From an uncultured Solirubrobacteraceae bacterium (GTDB taxonomy: Bacteria; Actinomycetota; Thermoleophilia; Solirubrobacterales; Solirubrobacteraceae): a stretch of 64,000 nucleotides of DNA. Below, piece by piece: positions 1 to 9,369 of the stretch; the stretch's first letter is position 1, and every line of letters starts with the position of its first letter. The position numbers were made by a program, and so were the translations under genes. The notes under the pieces are model-generated. The model saw only the letters and a program-made list of their open reading frames with translations. It was not told where the DNA came from and did no database searches. The stretch is taken from the NCBI GenBank assembly GCA_963839615.1, contig CAWIVY010000008.1:535-64534 (forward strand), in the 5' to 3' direction.

Positions 1-1
1 T

Positions 2-712
2 CCCATCCGCGACGATGGCTACCGGCTGAGCGAAACCCGGATCTCGTCGGGCATCGCGCCGCTCGACCGGATGCTCGCCGAGGGGTACACGCCCGGGAGC
101 TCCACGCTGGTGGCCGGGCCGTCCGGTGCCGGCAAGACCCTGATGGGACTCCACTTCATCTTCAGCGGCGCCGCGAATGGCGAGCCCGGCGTGATCGCGA
201 CGCTGCAGGAGAACCCGATCCAGCTCCAGCGGATCGCCCGCGGCTTCGGCTGGTCGCTGGAGGACGAGCGGGTGGCCGTGATGCACCGCTCACCCAACGA
301 CGTCTACATCGACGAATGGGTCTACGAGCTGCTGGAGCTCATCGAGACCACCGGCGCCACGCGCGTGATGATCGACAGCCTCAGCGACCTGCAGTACGCA
401 ACCCCCGATCCCGTGCGCTTCCGCGAGTTCGTCTACTCGCTCACGCAACGCCTCTCACGCGCCGGCATCAGCCCGATCATGACCAGCGAGATCCCCGACC
501 TGTTCCACGTCGGCCGGCTCGCCGAGTACGGCATCTCGCACCTCTCCGACAACGTGGTGCTGCTCCAGTACCTGCGCGCCGAATCACGCCTCCTGCGCAC
601 GGTCACGATCCTCAAGTCACGCGCGAGCGCTCACGACCCCGAGATCCGCGAGTTCGACATCACCCCCGACGGGATCGTCCTCGGAGACCCGATCAGCGGC
701 GACCACGCCTAG
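2..712 (+). CDS. KaiC-like RecA-superfamily ATPase, C-terminal part (5' end outside window)
   Basis: The frame is open from the window edge. It has Walker A GPSGAGKT and KaiC-domain-like organisation (..LQENP..; ..ILKSRASAHDPEIREF..) in the 71..712 ORF. Confidence 0.7.
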   Translation, partial: PIRDDGYRLSETRISSGIAPLDRMLAEGYTPGSSTLVAGPSGAGKTLMGLHFIFSGAANGEPGVIATLQENPIQLQRIARGFGWSLEDERVAVMHRSPNDVYIDEWVYELLELIETTGATRVMIDSLSDLQYATPDPVRFREFVYSLTQRLSRAGISPIMTSEIPDLFHVGRLAEYGISHLSDNVVLLQYLRAESRLLRTVTILKSRASAHDPEIREFDITPDGIVLGDPISGDHA

Positions 713-839
713 CTGGCGCGAGGACGGGGAACCGGCGATCTCCGTCGTGCCCGCCAACGAGGCGAGCTGGGACGACCTGCAGGCGGTCTTCGGCACGCAC
801 GGCCAGGGTCGTGATGCGGGTCGACTTCTGAGGCCTCCG

Positions 840-2063
840 TCATCGCCCGCCGTCGATCTCGTCGCGAGCCACCTGGGGCACGACGTGGAACGCCGCGGCA
901 GCGACCGCGAGCAGCAGCAGCACGACGCCGAGCGCGAGCCCGGCGCCGCGATCCGAGAAGAGCATGAGCGGCACGCCGAGCGTCGCTCCCGCGGCAGCCA
1001 CGACGCCCGCCCGGCGCCCGGGCTCGTGCCCGGCGATGCGCTCGAGCGAGCCGGGCTCGGCCGGCGGCTCGTCGAAGCGCCCGCGCAGCACGAGCCCGAA
1101 CAGCAGCGCGAGCGACGGGATCAGGATCACGGCCCCGATCGCCAGCGACACGAGCAGCGCGACCATCGTTCCGTCGCTCGCGGCGGCCTGCTCGACGGTC
1201 AGCCCGGGCAGCAGCAGCGGTTGCTGCGCCAGCGCCCAGCCCGCGACGATCGCGCCGACCGCGACCGCGGCCGACCAGCGCGCCGGCTCGAGCCTGCGGC
1301 GGGCGACGAAGACCATCGTCGCGACCCCTGCGGCAGCGGATGCGAGTACCGCCGCGAGCCCGCCGCCCGCCGTGAGGCCGTCGTAGACGCGCTCGGCGTC
1401 CGAGCGGAGCACGAACAGCCCGGCAAGTGAGATCGCACCCGCGACGGCCCCCGTGGCGAGCGCGCGCTTGCGGAACGCTTCGACGAGGTCGTCGTGGCCG
1501 GCGCGAGCGGCGTCGGCGGTCAGCCAGACCGCGGCCAGGTAGCTGCTGGTGGCGACGGCCAGCACCCCGATCAGCATCGAGGTCGGGTTCAGCCACGAGT
1601 CGATCGCGTCGCCCGCCGCATTCCCGAGCGGAACCCGCCCGGACGCGATCCCGCCGATCGCCGCGCCGAGCGCGAACGGCGTCAACACCGACGAGGCGCC
1701 GAAGATCGCGCCGAGGACCCGCTCCTCGCGCGGCCCGGACACCGAGCCGCGCACGGCGTAGCACGCGCCGCGCAGGATGATCCCCAGCGCGGCCGCGAAC
1801 AGCGGCACGTACAACGTCGAGAAGATCGCGCCGAACGCGCGCGGATACGCGGTCCACACGACGACGAGGACGAAGATCAGCCAGACGTGGTTCGCCTCCC
1901 ACACCGGACCCATGGCGTGGTAGGTGTGATCGCGCAGCGGCCGCCGTCGCTCGCCCGGCAGCAGCATGTACCAGAGCCCCGCGCCGAAGTCGGCGCCGCC
2001 GAGCACGACGTACGCGGCAAGGCCGACGAGCGCGAGCAGCAGCGGCAGCTCAGCGAGCCCCAT
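840..2063 (-). CDS. cydB: Cytochrome bd ubiquinol oxidase subunit II, with about 70 aa of extra C-terminal hydrophobic extension
   Basis: The N-terminus MGLAELPLLLALVGLAAYVVLGGADFGAG is typical CydB. The protein is polytopic and its start overlaps the cydA stop by 14 nt. Confidence 0.85.
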   Translation of the reverse strand: MGLAELPLLLALVGLAAYVVLGGADFGAGLWYMLLPGERRRPLRDHTYHAMGPVWEANHVWLIFVLVVVWTAYPRAFGAIFSTLYVPLFAAALGIILRGACYAVRGSVSGPREERVLGAIFGASSVLTPFALGAAIGGIASGRVPLGNAAGDAIDSWLNPTSMLIGVLAVATSSYLAAVWLTADAARAGHDDLVEAFRKRALATGAVAGAISLAGLFVLRSDAERVYDGLTAGGGLAAVLASAAAGVATMVFVARRRLEPARWSAAVAVGAIVAGWALAQQPLLLPGLTVEQAAASDGTMVALLVSLAIGAVILIPSLALLFGLVLRGRFDEPPAEPGSLERIAGHEPGRRAGVVAAAGATLGVPLMLFSDRGAGLALGVVLLLLAVAAAAFHVVPQVARDEIDGGR

Positions 2064-3411
2064 CGTCCGCCTCCAGCACGAGCGGCGTGCGCGCGAGCCG
2101 TCGCAGCAGCCAGACGGTGGCCGCGACGAGCGCCGCGTAGATGATCACCAGTGCGGCATAGCCGAGCGGGATGCCGCCGGCGCCGGTGACGGCCTCCTCG
2201 GTACGCATGCGGCCGTAGACGACCCACGGCTGGCGGCCGACCTCGGTCGTCACCCAGCCGGCGATCAGCGCGACCACCGACAGCGGTCCGAGCGCGACCA
2301 CCGTCCGCAGGAACCAGCGTCCGTCGGGCAGCGCGCGGCGCCGCCACCAGACGACCAGCAGCGCGACTCCGAAGCACGCCATCAAGATGCCGATGCCGAC
2401 CATCGTCGCGAATGCGAGCCGCACCACGTTCACGGGCGGACGGTCGTCGGGCGCGACCTCGTCGAGCCCGCGCACCGTCGCGTCCGGGTCATGGAACGCG
2501 AGCAGCGACAGCAGCTTGGGGACGGCGATGCCGCCGCGCACGTCGCCGCGCTCCTCGTCGTACCAGCCGCCGATGCGGAGCGGCGCGCCCGCCTGGGTCT
2601 CGCCGAGGCCCTCGAACGCCGCGAGCTTCGTCGGCTGGTTCGCGGCGACCTCGCGCGCCGCCCAGTCGCCGACGACGACCTGCGCGGGAGCCGTGATCGC
2701 CGCGACCACCAGCGGCACCGCCATCGCCACGCGGACGTAGCGGTCGCTCCGTCCGCGCAGCCGGGCGGCGGCGTAGATGCTCGCGGTGACGAAGCCGGCG
2801 ACCAGGAACGCCGCCAGGTACATGTGCACCAGCTCGTGCCAGAAGTAGGAGTTGCCGAACAGCGCCTTGAACGGCTCGACGTCGACCGCGCGCCCGTTCT
2901 CCAGCCGGAAGCCCGACGGGTGGTTCATCCAGCCGTTGACGCTGATCACCATCAGCGACCCGCTGAAGCCGGCGATCACCACCGGGATGCCGGCGAGCAT
3001 GTGCGCGCGCGCCGACAGCCGGTCCCAGCCATAGACGTAGATCGCGATGAAGATCGCCTCGACGAAGAACGAGAATCCCTCGAGCGCGAACGCCAGCCCG
3101 AACACGTCGCCGTATGTCGCCATGAACTCCGGCCACAACAGCCCGAGCTCGAACGACAGGATCGTCCCTGTGACGACCCCGATCGCGAACAGCGCGACCA
3201 TCGCCTTCGACCAGCGGCGGGCCAGCGCGACCAGGAGCGCGTCCCCGCGGCGGCGGCCGAGCCACTCCATCCCCAGCACGAACGCCGGGAACGCGACGCC
3301 GAAGCAGACGAGCGGGATGTGCACGGCGAACGACAGCGCCTGCATCTGGCGCGCCTCGAGGAGGTAGTCCTGCTCGACCGGGCCGAGCGCCTGGGCGATC
3401 TCGACGAGCAT
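2050..3411 (-). CDS. cydA: Cytochrome bd ubiquinol oxidase subunit I
   Basis: 453-aa polytopic protein with the CydA signature GWVTTEVGRQPWVVYG, directly upstream of cydB. Confidence 0.9.
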   Translation of the reverse strand: MLVEIAQALGPVEQDYLLEARQMQALSFAVHIPLVCFGVAFPAFVLGMEWLGRRRGDALLVALARRWSKAMVALFAIGVVTGTILSFELGLLWPEFMATYGDVFGLAFALEGFSFFVEAIFIAIYVYGWDRLSARAHMLAGIPVVIAGFSGSLMVISVNGWMNHPSGFRLENGRAVDVEPFKALFGNSYFWHELVHMYLAAFLVAGFVTASIYAAARLRGRSDRYVRVAMAVPLVVAAITAPAQVVVGDWAAREVAANQPTKLAAFEGLGETQAGAPLRIGGWYDEERGDVRGGIAVPKLLSLLAFHDPDATVRGLDEVAPDDRPPVNVVRLAFATMVGIGILMACFGVALLVVWWRRRALPDGRWFLRTVVALGPLSVVALIAGWVTTEVGRQPWVVYGRMRTEEAVTGAGGIPLGYAALVIIYAALVAATVWLLRRLARTPLVLEADDGAR

Positions 3412-3437
3412 GCGCTATGTCATACAAGACGCGGGCC

Positions 3438-3650
3438 TCAGGCGGCCCGCGACATCGCCACGGGCGTGGCCTCGCGGTCGGCGAGCACGCTCGAGTTGGG
3501 CCCGATCACGGCGGCGACGACGAGCTGGACTCCCTCCGTCGCGGCTCGCGCGGAGGCGATCCGCGTAGCGGTCGTGATGTCGCCTGCCAGGACGTTCCGG
3601 TGCCAGGGGGCGAATGTGGGCCGGTCGATTCCGACGATGAGGTAGGTCAT
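3438..3650 (-). CDS. Small hypothetical protein (70 aa) upstream of cydA
   Basis: ATG start at 3650. Third-position GC is about 90%, versus clearly lower GC3 in the overlapping plus frame. No recognisable family. Confidence 0.35.
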   Translation of the reverse strand: MTYLIVGIDRPTFAPWHRNVLAGDITTATRIASARAATEGVQLVVAAVIGPNSSVLADREATPVAMSRAA

Positions 3651-3731
3651 GCCTGGATAGAGGCGCGACGTCAGGGCAGAAATACGTGCGAGGGTTGCGC
3701 GAGCAGGAGCTACCTGAGATCTATCGCTCCT

Positions 3732-5783
3732 GTGAGACACGAGGAGCGCCCGGACGACCTGCCCGCGCTCGGCGCGGGCAGGGCCAGCGAGACCATCCGC
3801 GGGCTTCCGGGCGGCGAACGGATCCCCGCGCTCGGACGCGCCGGCATCGCCTTCGGGTTGCTCGCGCTCCTGTTCGTAGTCGCCCTCGTGGCCGCGTCGT
3901 GGGCGTTCATCGTGCTCGGCGCCGGCGTCGGGCTGCTCGTCGCCGCGGGGATCCCCGCGGCGCGCGCCGGGCTCCGGCCGGTGGGCGCGCTCGCGCGGGC
4001 CGCGATGCCGCTGCTGCTGCCGCTCTTCGTGTTCGTCGCGGCGGGCGTCGTGAAGTCGCCGGCGGGACTTCAGTTCGCCGTCGGGCTGGCCACGCTGCTC
4101 GCCGCCTGGTTCTGGCTGATCCGTCCGGACTGGGACCGGATCGCCGAGATCCTCGCGCCGCGCCAGCGCTGGCGCTCGCCCGCGCGGGCGGCCGCCCAGG
4201 TCGTGCTGCCCGCCCTGATCGCCGCCGCCGGCCTCGCCTATCTCGCCAGCTCCCTGATCGACCTCCTGAGCGACAGCCAGGAGACGGCTCGGCGCCTGTT
4301 CGTGGTCGCGGCGGCCTGTCTCGCCGCGGCGGCGCTGCTGCGGATCTTCGGCTACGCGCGGACCGCCTTCCGAGCGCTGGTCGCGCTCGCGCTGATCCTT
4401 CTGCTTGTGCGGCTGGCCGTCGACGTCGGGCTGATCCACGGCGGCGCGCTGCTCGATCACGTCGATGCCCGCACGCTCGCCGTCGTCGCGGGCGGGCTGC
4501 TCGTGCTGACCTCGGTTGCGGAGATCGCGAGCGCGCTGCTGTCGCGCGGCGCCGGGGAGCTGCAGCTCGGGCCCGGCGGCGAGCTCCCGTTGCGGATCCG
4601 TGCCGCCGCGCTGCTCGAGACCCCGGTCGTGGCCCGCTGGCTCACCGATCGAGCAGGGCTCGCCGGGCTCGGGCTCGCGCTGCTCTCCTCGGCGCTGCTG
4701 CTGGTCGCCGTCTACGCCGCGGCGGCCGAGGGCGGGAGCGAGGAGCAGGCCTCCGCTGCGCCGCGGGCGGGGCAGCCTGCTACTCCGCCGGGCAGCATGG
4801 ACGACCAGGCCCTGGCCGAGACGTTCTCCCCGGTCCTGCTCTTCACCGAGGACCAGCGCTGGACGCCGATCGCCGTCGACGACTACGTGCGCGACGCGAC
4901 GGTCTCCGACTGGGAGGGCCGCCCGGGCGGGGTCGCGACGGTCGACGACCTCGAGACGGAATGTCCCGGCGTCGTGCAGCGCCCCTGCTACGTGTTGCGG
5001 CAGGCCTGCCCGGAGCAGCCGGACGAGGCCCGCTGCGCGGAGGCGCTCGCCGACGACAAGGCGGTGTACGTCCGGGTCGCACGGCGCGAGCAGTGGGAGG
5101 GTTGCGATCCACGGAAGCGGTGCGCCGACGGCTCGCCCGACCCGTTCGGCCGCGCGCGGGGGCGATACGCCGAGGAAACCACGATCCTGCTCGAGTACTG
5201 GTACTTCTACCCCTACAACGAGTGGGTGGCCCCGGTCGCGATCGGCGAGCTCGAGCAGATCCATCCGGCCGACTGGGAGGCCGTGACGATCGGGCTGTCG
5301 CGCGACGAGCCACTCTGGGTGGCGTACTCGGCGCACTGCGGCGGCAGCTTCGCGGACTGGTCGCGGGTCCGGGTCGCGAAGTCGGATCCCGACCGGCTGC
5401 GTCCCCTGGTTGCCGTCGCGTACGGGTCGCAGGCCAACTACCGAGTCGCCGAGGAGCGCCGCGTCCCCAACTTCGCCGAGTGCTCGGGCATCGCGCGCGA
5501 CCGCCTCGCGCTGGCCAGCTACGCGGCGAACATCCGCGACCGGACCGACGACCACACGACCTGGGAGCCCGCCCCGACGGACCTCCGGCTGGTCACCGCC
5601 GAGACGCCGCCGATGGGCTTCCCCGGTCGCTGGGCGACCTACAGCCGGATGCGGCTCGAGACCGGCTACAAGGCGCTCCCGCTCGGAGGCGCGACGAAGG
5701 GCCCGTCGACGCCGTCACTGCAGGCGCTCTGGCAGACCCCGATGAGGACGATCTTCGGCGGCGGGGCCTGGCAGGAGGGCTAG
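3732..5783 (+). CDS. Polytopic membrane protein with C-terminal Vps62/DUF946-like domain (start uncertain; GTG at 3732 proposed)
   Basis: About 300 aa of hydrophobic helices precede a soluble domain with FSPVLLFTEDQRWTPIAVDDYV and LLEYWYFYPYNEW, which resemble the Vps62/DUF946 (PF06101) signature. The 5' part of the 3417 ORF has low GC3 and overlaps the minus-strand small ORF. Confidence 0.55.
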   Translation: MRHEERPDDLPALGAGRASETIRGLPGGERIPALGRAGIAFGLLALLFVVALVAASWAFIVLGAGVGLLVAAGIPAARAGLRPVGALARAAMPLLLPLFVFVAAGVVKSPAGLQFAVGLATLLAAWFWLIRPDWDRIAEILAPRQRWRSPARAAAQVVLPALIAAAGLAYLASSLIDLLSDSQETARRLFVVAAACLAAAALLRIFGYARTAFRALVALALILLLVRLAVDVGLIHGGALLDHVDARTLAVVAGGLLVLTSVAEIASALLSRGAGELQLGPGGELPLRIRAAALLETPVVARWLTDRAGLAGLGLALLSSALLLVAVYAAAAEGGSEEQASAAPRAGQPATPPGSMDDQALAETFSPVLLFTEDQRWTPIAVDDYVRDATVSDWEGRPGGVATVDDLETECPGVVQRPCYVLRQACPEQPDEARCAEALADDKAVYVRVARREQWEGCDPRKRCADGSPDPFGRARGRYAEETTILLEYWYFYPYNEWVAPVAIGELEQIHPADWEAVTIGLSRDEPLWVAYSAHCGGSFADWSRVRVAKSDPDRLRPLVAVAYGSQANYRVAEERRVPNFAECSGIARDRLALASYAANIRDRTDDHTTWEPAPTDLRLVTAETPPMGFPGRWATYSRMRLETGYKALPLGGATKGPSTPSLQALWQTPMRTIFGGGAWQEG

Positions 5784-5807
5784 CCCCGGCGAGCCCGCGA
5801 GCTCAGA

Positions 5808-6767
5808 TCAGCGGACGTGGACCTTGCGCCGGCGGTGGCGCCCGTCGTACATCGCGCGATCGGCCGCCACGAGCAGCTCGCTCAGGCTCTCGCGGCTTCC
5901 GGCCGCAGCCATGGCGACTCCGATGCTCACCGAGATGGGGTGCGGCGAAGCCTCGTCCGCCACGGTCTCGGTGCGGACGCGGTCGCAGAGCTTGTCGACC
6001 GCCGTCGACGACAGACCGGCGACCACCGCCGCGAACTCGTCGCCCCCGATCCGCCCGACGACGTCGGTCGAGCGCACGGCGGCGCGCAGCGTCTTCGCCA
6101 CGTGGATCAGCGCCTGGTCGCCCGCGGCGTGGCCGAAGCGATCGTTGATCGCCTTGAGCCCGTCCAGGTCCATGAAGAGCACGCAGATCTCGGTCTCGCC
6201 CTGGCGCGCGGCTCCGATGGCGGCGTCGCCCAACTGCTCGAAGCCGCGGCGGTTGAAGAGAGCGGTGAGCTCGTCGCGCAGGGAGAGCTGCTCGAGCTCG
6301 CCGGCGAGCGTGGCGAGCGCTTCAGCCTGCTCCTGCTCCCGTGCCTCCAACAGCTTGCGCGGCGTGATGTCGCGCGACGTGCCGAAGATGCCCACGACTC
6401 GCTCCTCGCGGTCGTACAGCGCCACCTTCGTCGTCGACACCCACGAGATGTGGCCGTCCAGCCAGATCTCCTTCTCCTCGACCCCGACGATCGACTCTCC
6501 CGTGCGCATGACCTCGAGCTCCTGCCTGCGAGCCGGGCCGGCGTGCTCGGCGGCGAAAACATCGGCGTCGGCCGAGCCGATCGCCGCGGTGATGTCCTCG
6601 AATCCCAGCCAGAGAGCGAGCGAATGGCTGAGCTGGGTGAACCGGCCCTCGAGGTCCTTGAAGTAGACGTGATCCGGCGTGTTGTCCAGGAACGTCTGCA
6701 GCAGGTGGGCGGCGTCGAGGGAGCTCTCGATGGGTCGACTCGACCCGGTGTTGACACCGCGCGGCAT
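5808..6767 (-). CDS. PAS-GGDEF diguanylate cyclase
   Basis: PAS-like N-terminus (FLDNTPDHVYFKDLEGRF..), then DELTALFNRRGF and an intact RIGGDEFAAV active-site motif. Confidence 0.85.
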   Translation of the reverse strand: MPRGVNTGSSRPIESSLDAAHLLQTFLDNTPDHVYFKDLEGRFTQLSHSLALWLGFEDITAAIGSADADVFAAEHAGPARRQELEVMRTGESIVGVEEKEIWLDGHISWVSTTKVALYDREERVVGIFGTSRDITPRKLLEAREQEQAEALATLAGELEQLSLRDELTALFNRRGFEQLGDAAIGAARQGETEICVLFMDLDGLKAINDRFGHAAGDQALIHVAKTLRAAVRSTDVVGRIGGDEFAAVVAGLSSTAVDKLCDRVRTETVADEASPHPISVSIGVAMAAAGSRESLSELLVAADRAMYDGRHRRRKVHVR

Positions 6768-6836
6768 AACCGCGTGATCGGCGCGTCGCGCGCCGTCTTT
6801 AGGGCTGCGACGGAAACCTGGGCCGCGAGCGCCGCG

Positions 6837-7217
6837 TCAGCTCGTTACGAGCGTGACGGCCTGCTCGCGTGTCTCGACGATGTCGAGGCAGCGCGGCATG
6901 CCGGCGACCTCGAGGATGAGCCGGATGTAGGAGTCGGGATCGACCACGACGCCCATCCGTCCCTCGTCACCGAGCCGCGACCTGGTCTGGAGGAGCGTCG
7001 CGACCGCGACCGAGTCCAGGAACGACAGCGAGCGCAGGTCGACGACGAGCCGGGTGACGCCCTGCTCGAGCGCGGTCGTCAGGCGGGTGCGCAGCTCCGG
7101 CGCCGTCGCGATGTCGAGCTCGCCGAAGACGGTCAGCACGAGGACGGAGGGCTCGAGCAGCTCCTCCGTCACCTGGAAGGACCGATCGTCGGCGATGGGG
7201 GGCTCTGACGTGTGCAT
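6837..7217 (-). CDS. STAS-domain anti-sigma-factor antagonist
   Basis: Internal ATG at 7217 gives a 126-aa protein with the SpoIIAA-like pattern VLTVFGELDIATAPELR..LVVDLRSLSFLDSVAVATL. The longer upstream extension is Arg/Ala-rich junk. Confidence 0.75.
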   Translation of the reverse strand: MHTSEPPIADDRSFQVTEELLEPSVLVLTVFGELDIATAPELRTRLTTALEQGVTRLVVDLRSLSFLDSVAVATLLQTRSRLGDEGRMGVVVDPDSYIRLILEVAGMPRCLDIVETREQAVTLVTS

Positions 7218-7347
7218 TCTTGATCCATCTGTCGTCAGGATCGGCGCCGACCTTGACCTGCCGCGGCTGCGAACAACCTGTCCGTCCGGTCGCGGTGGCC
7301 GGAAAGCCGAGTGTGCCGCCGCCCTGGGCGCAGGTAGCGTGTGCCGC

Positions 7348-8523
7348 ATGCGCAGACCCTGCATCGCCCTCGTCCTGTTCCTCGCTGCCGCCGTTCTCGC
7401 GGCGCCGGCCGCCGCCAAGGTCAAGCCTGGGCCGAAAGGCGCGGCCTTCTACACGCCGCCGGCGCAATCGACGGGCAAGCACGGTTCGCTCGTGTGGGCG
7501 CGCAAGCACACGGGACCCGATGCCCTCAAGGGCGCCTCGCGCAACGAGTTGCTCCTCTATCGATCGACCGGCGTGGACGGTGACGACATCGTCGTCTCCG
7601 GCTCGCTCGCGCTGCCCAAGGGGAAGGCGCCGAAGCGCGGCTGGCCGCTGATCACCTACGCCCACGGCACCACCGGCGCGGCCGATGGTTGCGCACCGAG
7701 CCGCGGCTATGACGCCGACGACCTCACGAGCTACGCGTACCCGCTGCTGCGGCGCTGGCTGAAGGCCGGGTACGCCGTAGCCCGGACGGACTACGAGGGG
7801 CTCGGCACGCCCGGCGTGCATCACTACCTGCTCGGCGTCTCCGAGGGCCGCAGCGTGCTCGACGCGGCGCGCGCGGCGCGCGCGTTCGCGCCCGGCAAGC
7901 TCTCGAAGCGGGTCATCATCGCGGGCCACTCCCAGGGCGGCCACGCCGCGCTGTTCGCGGCCGCGCTGGCCCCGGCGTGGACGCCCGAGCTGCGGCTTCG
8001 CGGCACCGTCGCGTTCGCGCCGGCCTCGCACCTGTCGGACCAGTTCAAGGCGACGCTCGCCATCGACACGCCCGGCGGCGGCCTCGGGGCGATCGTCGGC
8101 CTCGGCCTGCGCGCGCTGGACCTGTCGGACCCGAGCCTGGGTGTCGCCGGGCTCCTCACCGCTCAGGCGGCCGCGCTGTACCCGCAGACCGAGACCACCT
8201 GCTACGACGCGCTGTCGGAGGGCTCCTCGTTCGGCGGGCTGCCGCTCAACCAGATCCTGCGGTCCGACGCCGATCTCAACCCGCTGCTGGCCGCCGTCGG
8301 ACGGAGCGACCCCGAGCACCTGGCGATCCAGAAGCCGGTCCGCATCGAGCAGGGCGAGGCGGACGGGACCGTGTTCAAGGCGTTCACCGACCAGCTCGTC
8401 GACGCCTACGAGCAGACTGGCGTGAAGGTGAGCTACACGACATACCCCGGCGTCAGCCACGGCGGCGTGGTCGACTCGGGCGCGAAGGACGCCACCCGCT
8501 TCATCAGGAAGCGCCTGAAGTAG
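7348..8523 (+). CDS. Secreted alpha/beta hydrolase, secretory-lipase (LIP) family-like
   Basis: Signal peptide MRRPCIALVLFLAAAVLAAPAAA, nucleophile elbow GHSQGG, and an ATG at 7348 in frame with the 7054 ORF. Confidence 0.7.
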   Translation: MRRPCIALVLFLAAAVLAAPAAAKVKPGPKGAAFYTPPAQSTGKHGSLVWARKHTGPDALKGASRNELLLYRSTGVDGDDIVVSGSLALPKGKAPKRGWPLITYAHGTTGAADGCAPSRGYDADDLTSYAYPLLRRWLKAGYAVARTDYEGLGTPGVHHYLLGVSEGRSVLDAARAARAFAPGKLSKRVIIAGHSQGGHAALFAAALAPAWTPELRLRGTVAFAPASHLSDQFKATLAIDTPGGGLGAIVGLGLRALDLSDPSLGVAGLLTAQAAALYPQTETTCYDALSEGSSFGGLPLNQILRSDADLNPLLAAVGRSDPEHLAIQKPVRIEQGEADGTVFKAFTDQLVDAYEQTGVKVSYTTYPGVSHGGVVDSGAKDATRFIRKRLK

Positions 8524-8596
8524 GCGCCGGGTCAGAGCGCTTGCCGCCGCGGGCGTGTGGCCGTGTGGCCGTGCGGCGAGCGGGTAGGGCGGGCGG

Positions 8597-9340
8597 ATGC
8601 TGCACAAGGCCGTCGCCGAGGGGATCCACATGGTCGACGACGCCTACGTGAACTGGTTCCTCGTCGAGGAAGCGGGCAGGCTGACCGTGGTCGACACCGG
8701 GCACCCGTCCTCGTGGCGCTCGCTGGAGCTGGCGCTCGCGGAGCTCGGGCGATCGCTCGGTGACATCGAGGCGGTCGTGCTCACGCACGCGCATTTCGAT
8801 CACATGGGCTTCGCCAGGCGCGCGCACGAGCAGCTCGGCGTGCCCGTCTGGGCACACGAGCTCGAGACGCCCGTCGTCGCGCGTCCCTGGTCCTACGACC
8901 ACGAGCGCAGCCGCCTGCCCTACCTCGTCCGCCATCCCGGCTTCGCGCGGATCTTCGCCGCCATGGGGGCCGCCGGAGCGCTCCGGGTCAAGGGCCTGGA
9001 GGAGGTCCGGACCTACGCACCGGGCGTGCGGCTCGACGTGCCGGGGTGCCCGGAGATCGTCTTCACCCCGGGGCACACGGACGGTCACTGCTCGCTCGCG
9101 TTCCGCGATCGCGGGACCGTGATCGCCGGCGACGCGATCGTGACGCTGAACCCCTACACGGCGAGGACGGGCCCCCAGATCGTCGCCGGAGCGGCGACCG
9201 CCGACAGCGCCCGGGCGCTGTCCTCGCTCGAGGCGCTCGCGGCGACGCGCGCGCAGACCCTGCTGCCCGGCCACGGACCCGTCTGGACGCAGGGGGTCGA
9301 GCTCGCCGTCGAGCGCGCACGCGCGGCCGGGCCGTCATAG
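8597..9340 (+). CDS. MBL-fold metallo-hydrolase
   Basis: THAHFDHMGF (HxHxDH) motif and a later PGHTDGH motif. Confidence 0.8.
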   Translation: MLHKAVAEGIHMVDDAYVNWFLVEEAGRLTVVDTGHPSSWRSLELALAELGRSLGDIEAVVLTHAHFDHMGFARRAHEQLGVPVWAHELETPVVARPWSYDHERSRLPYLVRHPGFARIFAAMGAAGALRVKGLEEVRTYAPGVRLDVPGCPEIVFTPGHTDGHCSLAFRDRGTVIAGDAIVTLNPYTARTGPQIVAGAATADSARALSSLEALAATRAQTLLPGHGPVWTQGVELAVERARAAGPS

Positions 9341-9369
9341 CCCGCGCGCGGTTCGGGTAGCCCCGCGGC

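Noticed and set aside
840-3411. Absence of cydDC next to cydAB as something unusual.
   Set aside because: cydDC can be encoded elsewhere, and the window gives no evidence either way.
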